A stretch of 64,000 nt of DNA from positions 310,001 to 374,000 of the forward strand of contig JAHLTZ010000002.1 of assembly GCA_025786725.1 (NCBI GenBank), given 5' to 3'. This stretch comes from Syncephalis fuscata S228. Its lineage: Eukaryota > Fungi > Zoopagomycota. The notes beneath the pieces were generated by a model. That model searched no databases and was not told where the DNA came from. It worked only from the letters and a program-made list of their open reading frames with translations. Below are positions 1 to 11,929 of the stretch, in pieces. The position numbers were made by a program, and so were the translations under genes. The number at the start of each line of letters is the position of its first letter. Positions within the stretch are counted from its first letter, which is position 1.

Positions 1-1299
1 GCAATCCTGCTTGTGTTGATGCTGCACATGATGTTGGCTGTCCGTTTGTCATTACCGTACATATGTTGGGAACATATGGTAAGTGTATTAGAAAGAATGT
101 AATTATATGTAACAATGTAATATCTAGGCCATGGGGTGCAACCTTATATACCAAACAACATGCAGCCTATGCCGCCCACATATGAGAATGTAGGCTTTAT
201 TGATCGTCTATACGACAAAATTATTTTGCCTGGAAAAGTATTTTTTGCTATAAAAGAAATTTTGAAAAAAAGAGAGGTCACAATGTCCAAGGCAGGTATT
301 GCACCATACAGTGGATTCGCGGATCTTTGGAGGCACGGATTTATATTGGTTAATAGCTTTATTGGCTTTGAGGTAATGGCACGATTGCGCTTTTAATAAT
401 ACCTAATGATGTTTGTGTAGACGCCTCAACCTTTGCCATCCAACACATTTATGATTGGTCCGCACATATCAAATGCCGTTGAAGCACTGCCTGACGAGCT
501 TGCCGAATTCTTGGATACCCATAAACGCACCGTTTATGTAGGATTTGGGACTGCCTCTGTTTTGCCAATTCATCGTGTTTCAAAAATACTTTATTCATTG
601 CTTGCTGCTCATAGAGATGGTCTGCTTGACGGTGTTATCTGGGGATTAGTGCGGACAGCTGATAACAAAGAATCGATACCGCAAACAATTACCATTGATG
701 GTGTCGACCATAGTGTTGAGGATATGCGTTCTGGAAAGCATCCAGTAATTCGTCTGCTTGATAATGCACCACAGCGTGCTGTATTAGCGCATCCATCTAC
801 TCAGCTGTTTGTTACACACTGCGGCATTAGCTCTATTTACGAAACACTTTACGCTGGAGTGCCAGTTCTTGGCCTTCCAGGCTTTGGTGATCAAATAATC
901 AATGCAAACAAAATGGCTGAACACAAAGCAGGTTTATGGCTGTCTAAGAAGGAGATTAGCCATGACACTTTGAGCGATGCCTTCCATCGACTACTGTCAC
1001 CTGGATCGGAGGAAGCTAAAGAGATCCGTACCAACATTAACCGTCTTCAGCGTATGTTTCATATGGCTAATCGTGATCACAATCGTGGTGCTGATCTTGT
1101 TGAGCTGGCCGCCATCCCCGGTGCTATTCTAGCGCACGAAAGTGCGGATTTCCGCATGCCATGGTGGAAAGCCGGCAACTATGATCTATACGCCTTTATA
1201 CTTTTAATTGTTGCTACATCAATCTATCTGTTTGTTTCTGTCGTGAGATATGGATTTGGTATACTGCGTCTTAAGCAGAAGAAACAAAAGCAAGCCTAA
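1..1299 (+). CDS. UDP-glycosyltransferase (GT1/UDPGT family), copy A, 5'-truncated by window edge; introns 79-127 and 373-420
   Basis: UGT signature APQRAVLAHPSTQLFVTHCGxxSIYE...GVPVLGLPGFGDQ; C-terminal TM helix and basic tail; GT-AG introns join the ORF pieces. Confidence 0.92.
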
Positions 1300-1456
1300 A
1301 GTGTTTTGATTTGAGATTAAAAGTACTGTAAGCTAATAAAACGCAGCTTATGGTACCAAATAAAACAGCAACATTTTATTTGTTAAAATCAAAATTATTA
1401 CTATTTGCAATTAATGAACCAAACAAACTGTTTATTTGTCTACTCAATTTGCTATT
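1..1456. repeat. Inverted segmental duplication, partner of 50129-51584
   Basis: Reverse complement of 50129-51584 matches including both introns and ~157 nt of 3' flank; only a handful of substitutions seen. Confidence 0.95.
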
Positions 1457-2184
1457 ACCTTATTATAGCCATTAATTTTCCATTAAACAATATTCTATTA
1501 TTGGCTGCAATGTTATCCAGTTTAAATGTATTCATCTGCTTCAACAGTTATCGCACTTGGTGTTAATCACATGCACAACCTGTTTACTTTTAATCTTTAT
1601 TACGATTTTCGCTATTTAAAGGTAATAGTTTATACATTTTATAAAAACGAGACTTATATTGTTATGTTTCTAATTTTTAAATTGCAAATTAGATGGCCAA
1701 GCAACACCTTATCCTGGGGTTATTCCATACCGTTAATTACTGATGCCTATTAACACTTGCCTAACACTCAGAATACAATGCGTTTTTAGTCATACCATCA
1801 CAACATTATAATAATGCAAGCAAGGTAGTAACAATGGTTTATTTTTAGATCCTTTAATCAATACAATGGCTTTATATTTTGTTGTAATAATAATCTGCTA
1901 TATACATTTAACAATGCTTAGCCAATAGATAATAGTTATTTAGTCTATTTATAACAAAGTGATATTGTATAAACATAAATATGCTATAACTTTATTATTA
2001 TTACAGCTATTTATTAATCAATTATGCAATAATCCATAATATGCTGTTATATCAAATAAACATGTTGAAATTAATAAAAATAAAAAACGTTTAAGCAATT
2101 AAGCTGAATAAGCAATCTTTTAATAAGATTAGATGTGGAAAGAACATGATTCGCAATGTACAGCAAAAGTAATATGTGACAACT

Positions 2185-3395
2185 TTAATTAAACAGCACA
2201 ATTTTCAATATCCGATATCAGTGTTAATAAATTTTAAATAGTATTTTATGTTACTTACAATAGAATGCTAAATTTAATTATGATGTTGATGCAACAGTGT
2301 CGGTTTGATTTTTGTAGTAATAGGCGGTAAAAAATCAGAAGGCCTTGGTTCACCAATGGCCATTGTACTGAATATACTGTGCATGTTTCTGCTGGCATTA
2401 ACATCGCATTATTTATTTATTCATATAAACTATTGGTCTATTGCTTCATCGTCTAGAATATAACTATATTTCATTATTTTAATAATGACATCTTCTATGA
2501 CTACACTTGTCTTTAAGAAACATTGGCTTGATTATATTTCCTATTACACTCAGTAATTTATTGGCAGTATGCTCTATAACAACGACGTTTAATATTAAAT
2601 GGCATTAATATTTTTATTATATATTATTCTACTGATAAACATGTTTATACCAATAACTTGAATAGTAAACCGTCAATCAGTTTTTGCTACTAAGAAGTGT
2701 TATTGTCGATGCAGTGCTATGCCAAATTTATTTTAATAATCCAATAGTAAGTAGCAGATGATTCAAGTATTGTTTGCTGGTGCAATTATAACTAATTAAA
2801 CTTCACTTTGACTTCCACATTTGGAGTCCTCAAAGCAAAATTTGTTCCAATTCAAGTTGTACTGTTATGCACAACAAACGCAAGTATAATGTTTTCATTT
2901 GACTACTTTGCAATTCACGAGGCCAATTGTTGTTGTTGGCCATGCATAGGAAAATTGATCGAATGTTAATAGAAGCCATTGATTGCCATTCTGCATGTGT
3001 TGTTGCATCTATGTACATCATTGATTATTACGTCTGAATGGTTTCTTCTATTTTCTAATATTCTATTATTGCATTTTGGGCATATTTGTGATGTAAGATA
3101 AGATTAATATAATTATTATAAATGTCGTTTATTAAACAGTCACTTCCCCTATAGCCAATCTGACTAAATAAATGGTATTTTTAACGATTAATATCATAAT
3201 GACAATGTATATATTAAAGCAATAATGATGATAATTAATTGATTAAATTATTTTATTAATAATTACACATGAATTAATTAATGTTGGATGTAATATTATA
3301 CATGTTATAGTAATGGATAAGTGTTTAATTGTATTTAAAAGTGAAGGGGTGAAATGGATAAATGAAAATGTAAGAGTCAAAATACAATAGCTTCC
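2185..3395 (-). mobile_element. Non-autonomous Fanzor-derived element, copy 1 (internally deleted)
   Basis: ~2270-3098 nearly identical to ~29375-30207; ~2919-3315 nearly identical to 53863-54270; minus strand reads YLTSQICPKC...HRCNNTC...MASINIRSIF; terminal motif aaatgtaagagtcaaaatacaatagcttcc at 3366-3395. Confidence 0.8.
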
Positions 3396-3611
3396 TTTAC
3401 TTAATAGTTAATAAATAGACTCATGTAATTCAGTGTCAAAAGATCAAAGCTAACATTCTTTACTTGATTGAACTACACATTGTTGTTCTACTAAACAAGG
3501 AGCTGGATGGTGAGTGACATTAAATATCGAATTATAATGCTTGAATACTTTACGGCAACAATAATATGGATCAACATTTATTTATTGCTATTATTTATCT
3601 ATTGATTATAT

Positions 3612-3832
3612 CTTATTGTAAGTAGCATGGAATATTATTTAACATTATTAACGCTGACATTAGATATTGAAAATTGTGCTGATTAATTGACACTAATTAA
3701 TTCAATTGGAGTTAATGTAGCACTACAACAAATAACACTTTTCAGTAGTAAAAACTGATTGATCGTTTGTTATTCGAGTTATGGATCTTTTTGTTTTTAG
3801 TTTGAGGCTAAGGAGTCAAAGTACAGTAGCTT
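3612..3832 (+). mobile_element. Isolated downstream end of the same element family, in opposite orientation
   Basis: Reverse complement aligns to ~29165-29365 and ~2185-2262; ends in the terminal motif aggagtcaaagtacagtagct (3811-3831), identical to 30481-30501. Confidence 0.7.
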
Positions 3833-4019
3833 CTTTCTTTTAATCACTTGACCCATTGACATCGAGCACACACACAAATACAACAAATATCTCCTTTTCT
3901 TCATTTTTTCCAAGTCATTTCTTTCTATTTTATAGCTATCACAGTTATTTCGCCTACCAATAAGGCATTTTTGTTTCTTTTGCACAGTTCACTGATGCGG
4001 TGTCTTTTACCGTCGAACC

Positions 4020-6153
4020 ATGTCACCTACGAAGAAAAATGGTCGCCGACGCAACAAAAGCGGAAAGTCTGCAAATTCAAGCGAGAAGTCGACGCCACCG
4101 ACTGATGCATTAACTGCCGCAGCACTTTGCGCTAACAGCAAAAGCTACGACAAACCGTCTGAAAACAATAGAGATGGTGAAGCATTTCTACGTGCTTGCT
4201 TTCCTGGACTGCCCATCGCGCGACTAAAGTCGGCCGTTGGTCGATGCGATGGCGATATGGAGCGTATTATGGACTGGTTACTTGGCGAGCTGCATGAAAA
4301 CGAGGGCGAGCTACAATATGCCCTACGTTTATCGCCTGATACGCCGTCAACCTCTTCGTCTGAAGATTCACCACGACAAGCATACAATATATCGTCAAAT
4401 TTAGCAACAAAGTCTGAAAATGGTCTATCTATTGATTCGTTGACCGGTTCTGAACAAGCAAGTTATCCAGCATCGACTATAACTGCTACATCCAATGCGT
4501 CTGGTAATTCATCGTCTACTCCTTCCGCGAAAAGCAGTAATAGCAGCCGACGTAAAAACAAAACGTCGCGTGCCTTGCATATCGACGAGTTCTTGGCAAG
4601 CCGTAATGTGACATCATCTGGATCGACAGCATGGCCAGATTCATCTGATGATTATTCGTATACTGATGCCACAACAAACAGCAATCGTAATTGCTGGTCA
4701 GAAATTGAGCGAATGACACACCATTTGGCCGTAATATTTCCTCAAATATCACGCGATGTCATCAAATCAACACTACACACCAACCGACTTGATGTGGAGG
4801 CCACAGTGGCACAATTGGCCGATCCATCAACTCAAGCTGCCTTATCGACACCTATTGCATCACCGACTCGTTCCAACGCTCGTGGTCTGGCTCGTTGGCG
4901 GCCAGATAACAATAAAAGCAGTGCTAAGACGCAAAAATCTAGTGAAAAAGCAACAGCGCCACCACTACAGCTGTGCAAGAGCCTGAAGATGAAGCGACAA
5001 AGCTAGATGCGGCACTTTGTCAGCTAACTACAATATTGCCCAGTCATGATGTGGATACACTTGTTGAAGCATTGATTCATTGCAATCTTAAGGTAGATGC
5101 AGCTATCAACCATCTACTAACAGCTGGAGCAAATAACAGTAAAGTTAAGCCAATGATTCAAAATAGGCCGATCAATCCACCCAGGTCAAAACAAAAGCCA
5201 CCTACACCTTCTATAGGCGTATCAAATCAAAAAACTACTCAGCAACAACAGGATTTCTGGGCTGCCCATCGCTTTCAACGTGAAGCAAATCCAACATTTG
5301 TACGTAAAGCAACAGTTACAACAACAAGTTTCAAATCCACCAACGATAAACGTACTTTGTCTAACCCATCTCCATGGCAAACTATTAAATCCAATCGACT
5401 AGCAAATAATGGGTCTGACGTTGATATTAATGCATCTTCTGTAGAAGATGGTATTGAAATCGATAACCAAGATCCAGATACGTGTACACAATATGCCGTA
5501 AATTATTATGAAAAGCGTAATGAAGCATTTCGTCGTGCTGCACAAGCATTCCGAGGGCGCAATCGTAATGGTGCTTTTGGCGGCGCACTAGCTGCTTTCT
5601 ATGCCTCTGAAGCAAGTGTTTTAATATCATTATGATCATTTATTAACATTTGCTGCTATTTATTAATTATTGACATTATTAGGGGCGTGATCATGATGCA
5701 CGTATGCGTGAATGGAATACACGTGCAGCTATTGGTGTACTGCGCTCTTTCCAGTAAGTTGATTGTATTTTATTTTATTTTTACTTAATCAATTCTGTAG
5801 AAAACAATGGCGTGATGATTATGTTGTAGATTTGCACTATATGACAGTTGATCAAGCACTTGAAGTTGCCTTACTTGCCGTACAGGATTGGGCAACTATA
5901 GAACGCAAAACAGCCGGTAAGTAACTTGCATTGGTATTATTTGGCGTGTTATTTATATTCATGGCATTTTATAGTTAAATCAGATATTCGTCCATTACGA
6001 ATTGTCACCGGTGCTGGTTCACACTCGCATGATGGCCGTGCCAAATTATTCCCCCGTGTCCAACGAGGCTTGCGTGAGGCTGGTTGGCAAGTAACCGCCA
6101 TTGATAAAGGCTCATTTATGGTGAAGAATCCTCGACCACTAATTAATGGCTAA
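4020..6153 (+). CDS. CUE2: CUE-repeat / DUF1771 / Smr-domain endonuclease (Cue2/N4BP2-like); apparent frameshift near 4958; introns 5612-5682 (GC-AG), ~5754-5800, ~5917-5973
   Basis: Three CUE-like motifs (LRACFP, LAVIFP, LTTILP followed by D-[VM]-[ED]-x-x-[VIM]); RNEAFRRAAQAF (DUF1771-like); Smr motifs VDLHYMTVDQAL and LRIVTGAGSHS. Confidence 0.8.
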
Positions 6154-6462
6154 TGACCTATCAGTCTACATAGAAATATATATACACATACGTCTAATAC
6201 ACGGGGAGTAACGTTAATTTATTCCAACTTCACGTCAACAACAGTTTTTCCTTGTATTTGTGACGCACTCTTGCGGGTCGTCCCTCCTTTTCTAGCTTAT
6301 TTCTCGTTGTAACGTGTAATAAATATACGTATTTTATTACTACCATTTAGTGCTAATGCAACAATAGTTGTTTTTATTGTTATTGTTATTGTTATTGTTA
6401 TTATTATTCTTTATAATAGTGCTCATCTTGGAACATATAAATAACGTATATAGATGAAACGT

Positions 6463-6911
6463 TTAATATACTACTTTTAAGCCTATCGAACGAGCTGATC
6501 CGATAATTGCTCCACAAATAGCTTTTAATGATAGATGGCCCATATCAGGATCTTTTTGTTTTAGTTCGGCAATCGCGTATATATGCTTAATTGACACCTC
6601 GCCTACTGTCGTTTGTCCGGGCGTGGACGCACCCTTCTTTACACCGGCTGCATTCTTTAATAGAAACGCAGTGGGCGGTGTTTTTACGGCAAAGGTAAAT
6701 GTTCGATTCGAGTTGATTGTAATACGTACAGGTAGCGGTGTACCAGGCTGTATATTACTTGTGCGATCGTTGAATTGTTTGCAGAAATCCATCGATTTGA
6801 TACCACGTTGACCCAATGCAGGGCCTACAGGTGGCGATGGGCTAGCCTGGCCCGCTGGCACCATTAGCTTAGTAGATTAGAAGCGGTCGAAGCCGCTTTA
6901 CGTGAAGCCAT
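6463..6911 (-). CDS. MRPL19: Mitochondrial ribosomal protein uL11m; apparent 1-nt frameshift near 6870
   Basis: VPAGQASPSPPVGPALGQRGIKSMDFCKQFNDRT...IAELKQKD...IIGSARSIG; upstream ATG at 6911. Confidence 0.92.
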
Positions 6912-7167
6912 TGCTTTGAGAAAAGAAGCGTAAAGCCAAAAAAAGAAAAAGAGAAGAAAGTAAACTGGCTATTGTCACCACTACACGGTCATCAGATCCT
7001 ATGACCTCATTATTCGATTTACGTCTTTCTCTTTCACTTCACTTTCACTTTTCGTCGTTACTAGCTTCTTTCTTTCATCTATCGCTGTATCGACACTTTA
7101 CACGCTTTATCTTTCTGGTTACCGCTTTTGACTGTTTGTTATTGCTATATTTGTTTATTGCTTTGCC

Positions 7168-7565
7168 ATGGCAGGTGGAATGATATTTCTTGTTGGCTTT
7201 ATCACAGCCGGTCTTGCGGCAGTGGGCTTTGTACTTAGTCCCAAGGGTCCTAACCAAGTGTAAGTGGATAGCTGTTTAAATAGCTGTAATACGTTAGCAG
7301 TATTAGTATTATCCAACTAATAATGAATATAGTCTATATCGTACAATGATTCTTATGACTTTGGTATGCATGTATTTGATGTAAGTTGTATTATTGTCAA
7401 ACTACTTTTATTATTATTGCTGTTGTTGTTGTTACAGCCATTATTAATTTATATTATAAATGTAGGTGGGCCATTACCTATCTCGCGCAACTTCATCCGT
7501 TAATTTCGCCTCGCCGATCTGACCTTAAGCCCGAACACTTTAAGCATCTTGGCTCAGATCTATAA
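7168..7565 (+). CDS. VMA9: V-ATPase V0 subunit e; exons 7168-7259, 7333-7380, 7466-7565 (not in ORF track)
   Basis: Spliced product MAGGMIFLVGFITAGLAAVGFVLSPKGPNQVLYRTMILMTLVCMYLMWAITYLAQLHPLISPRRSDL matches the subunit e pattern PKGPNQ...MWAITYLAQLHPLI. Confidence 0.93.
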
Positions 7566-7684
7566 GAAGTTTCCATCTGTTAGAATGTCCACTACTGCAA
7601 GTGAACATCCTACACATTGGAATAGTGCTATTAGTTATTGTTACTATTCATTACATTTGTTATAAAATGTTTATTAAATGTCGT

Positions 7685-8727
<1,043 letters not shown>

Positions 8728-8887
8728 AGTAGGTTAAACGAGTGGACTATGCTATTAAAAGATGCCACAACACTATTAGAAAGTGATAAAATAAATAATT
8801 ACACTTGGATTAAACAGTTACTTATTACTACACACTTTATAGCAAAGTTAATTAAACAAAGTAGACAAGTCTTTAGTAGTTTAATAA

Positions 8888-10359
8888 TTAAGGTTTTGAA
8901 AGTTGAATAACTGCGTATTCACCATTGACCATCCAGTCGGGACAAGAAAGTGAAAGTACTTCAGATTTGCCGGTTTCTAAACCGACTACGATATCTGCTT
9001 TACACGTACGCAGGGCTACCAAAGGAGGTGCACCTGCACTAGTATGAAGAGGACCGATAGCTTCGGTAAATGGTGTATCCGGTGCCCAAGAGCAATCGTA
9101 GACTAGCTTACGATAATTAAGATCTCCCTTGTAGATGCATAAAGACGATTGTTGTAGCTCTTGCCATAGCTGTGGCGCTTGAGTTGGCAAGTGCCAGAAT
9201 GCATACGGTGTTGTCCAGAAGGTATTTGTTTCGAGGGACCAACGACCTGATGCTAAATGGGAACGCCAACGTCCAACCATTTCAGCTAGTAATGCACTAT
9301 TAGATAGTGTGGTAAAGCATTCAAGCTTTATTAGCGCATCAAGCATCCAGTCCAGGTCAAGCTTTATTACATCGGAAACAAACCACGGTATACTTTTAGC
9401 ATGTAAATAAACCTTCTGTGCACGACCACTCTGTACAAGCCAGTCAGCCAAAAGTAAATCACAAAATAATTCAAATCCTAGCACTGCCATTAGTTTATAT
9501 AGCATTAAATGATCGGGTCATTACCTGCATTATCGAGAATGATATCAATACGTTATTTTTTAGTGTGGCAACTAGTGTCCAAATATCGTCTAGATCATTG
9601 GCGATAGTATGATGGTGAGCGTCTTCTGCTGTCTTGCTCGCTTGTAGATCGGCTGCCTGTTCAGCGTTCAAATCGGGTAGTAGTGAAAGATCGGTCCGAT
9701 TGCCCCACAAACTAATGGTGGCTAGTTCGAAAAATGCTTTTTGTTGCGTAGTGATATCGCTTGTAGCTGCATCGCGTAATATAGCGTGAAGTTGTTTAAC
9801 AAGTAAGTTGATACTTGTTGCGCTATGTTCTAGTGCTTCTTGCTTTTGTCGTGCAAATGGATCATATGTCTGCCAGTGGATCGATTGAGCGAAAAATCCA
9901 CGTACTCGGCGATACATATAACACTCGCTTACAAGCCACGGAACACTTAGCCAGGAACCGTTTGGAAAATATTCCTTTAATAGTTGATTCCATATATCGC
10001 TATCGCCGTCACTATCTGATTCAATTGCTCTGATATACAAGTATATTAGTATGTATCAAAGCGCTATTTTATTTATCGTACGTTAGTTTACGGTCACGCT
10101 GTAGCTCATAACGAAGCTCTCCTAGCTTGTTCAGTAGCTTCTTTGCCTCTTCACGCTTTTCTTGACGCACCTCTTCCGCAGGTTGGTCGTCTTTCGTGGT
10201 CGTTTTACCATAAAGCTCATAATTACTACGAACCAAGTCGTCAACTGTTTTGGCCAGAATAACCGGAAGTCGTTTGGTTATTGTTGTAAATGCAAAGGAA
10301 TTACGATGCTTTCCACACAAGGGAGAGCAGGGTGGGGTTGCTGGTGTAAACGTATTCAT
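8888..10359 (-). CDS. DUF89/ARMT1 damage-control phosphatase; two introns, apparent frameshift near 9555
   Basis: WLVSECYMYRR, DPFARQKQ, LWGNRTDLS, IDIILDNAGFELFCD, PWFVSDV, KGDLNYRKL, RTCKAD. Confidence 0.9.
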
Positions 10360-10622
10360 GATTGCAATGTACTTGTGCAAGTGTTGCCAATCGTGTGAGT
10401 TCAACTATGCATTAAAAGAAACTACAAGCTTTTACGGATATTCTATGGTATCCAAATATAGCAATTGATAATTTGAGCACATTGATTCTATCAATAAATA
10501 TAACTGACAATCAAATGACATCCAACAAAGTAAACATCTTAAATTATGCAATGTGCAATGGATCGTCGATAATTATTTTTGTCTTTATTTCATTTTTTTA
10601 TCTAACCGCTAAATACTAAGCA

Positions 10623-11028
10623 ATGCATTTTGTTATCCTAGCAATTGCTGCTATTGTTATCCACGCTAGTGGTGTTTATTGCAGATTAAATAGCCATGTT
10701 GTCCCAATCGTATCTAATAGCTGTGCAAACGATATGAACGCTTTTATACAGCATCGACTTAGTCGCACACGCCTTGCAATGAGTGTTCGTGTCAATGGCT
10801 GGTTTATCAATGCTGATGCTAACTGGTGTCAAGGTGTTGGTAGCTACAACACTCGGCCCGTTGCTTTTATCTGTACTAGACAAGCGTCTCTTGTTAACGA
10901 GTTCTAAATGATCCATTGGTAAGTTGTCGCTATTCTAATAGAATTTGATATTAATCATGTTAGTTTAGACACCACGAGTATCCTCCATTGCTATGGGTCC
11001 ATATAGATGCATTGTCAACACCGTTTGA
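10623..11028 (+). CDS. Small secreted Cys-containing protein, paralog 1 (probable second exon after intron 10919-10963; 3' end uncertain)
   Basis: Hydrophobic N-terminus; shares C-x-x-DM...WC...Y..xPV...CT and Y-x-C-x-V pattern with 11389-11844. Confidence 0.55.
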
Positions 11029-11388
11029 TCTACACAATAGATAAGGCGTTCATATTTAGAATATTAATTTCAAAATAAAAAATACTGTTAGAAATTGATT
11101 GGATAAATTATTTTGACTATACAATCATCTACGTGTTTAGTAAACCTCGTGCAATTCTATCAGGAGTATAGTAATAACGTGTGTATTTGATCTATTGGAG
11201 TTATTATGCAGCATGGCATTGGCTAAAATAAAAACTCCGATGATGACGGAAGTTAAAATTGCATATTGATTTGCGTATGAAAATCACAATAAATTCAAAT
11301 ACTTTATTCTTGAACTCCTTTACTAAACAATTATTGTTGCATTTAAGTCACTATAACCTAGATATACATAGATTTAGATTGAACTGAA

Positions 11389-11844
11389 ATGCATATAACT
11401 GCGTTTGTTTGTACCACCATTGTAGCAGCTTTTTTTATTGTGCTTAGCGTCGAATTGGCGATAGCAATCGAGGATGACGACTGGTTTGATTTCGGTTGTA
11501 GTAGCGATATGACGCATCTAGTTAAAACGAAGATCAACACGTTACCAGCATGGAAAAAAGTGAAAATCAAGGATACATTTTCTTCTTCTAGAAATGGTTG
11601 GTGCCATACTAATGGCTTTTATGCCGATTATCCCGTAGTGTACAGCTGTACGCTGCTAACTCATTTAGCCGATGAAATGATTGATAATTTTACGGTATTA
11701 ATTAAATGACTCAGAAAATAGTAGTAGTTTTAATATACATCATATATTACATAGGTTATAAAAATGGCCGTGTTGAGCGTATCCGATTACACATGCCTTG
11801 TCTATCCGGCACGTCCACAATACCAAACAAGTGGCCGATTCTAG
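11389..11844 (+). CDS. Small secreted Cys-containing protein, paralog 2 (intron ~11695-11754)
   Basis: Signal-peptide-like N-terminus; GT-AG intron continues the frame as ...MAVLSVSDYTCLVYPARPQYQTSGRF*. Confidence 0.6.
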
Positions 11845-11929
11845 CATTATTTTAGGCTTTGAAATAAATCATGGTGTTCTTTCATTGATGATATAAAATA
11901 AAACGCTATTTTTACAAACCCTATTAATA

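Noticed and set aside
2830-3021. 63-aa ORF (and its 62-aa twin at 29928-30116) as a real small protein family
   Set aside because: They are chimeric frames of the decayed Fanzor C-terminus; only the MASINI..WPREL part is in the ancestral frame
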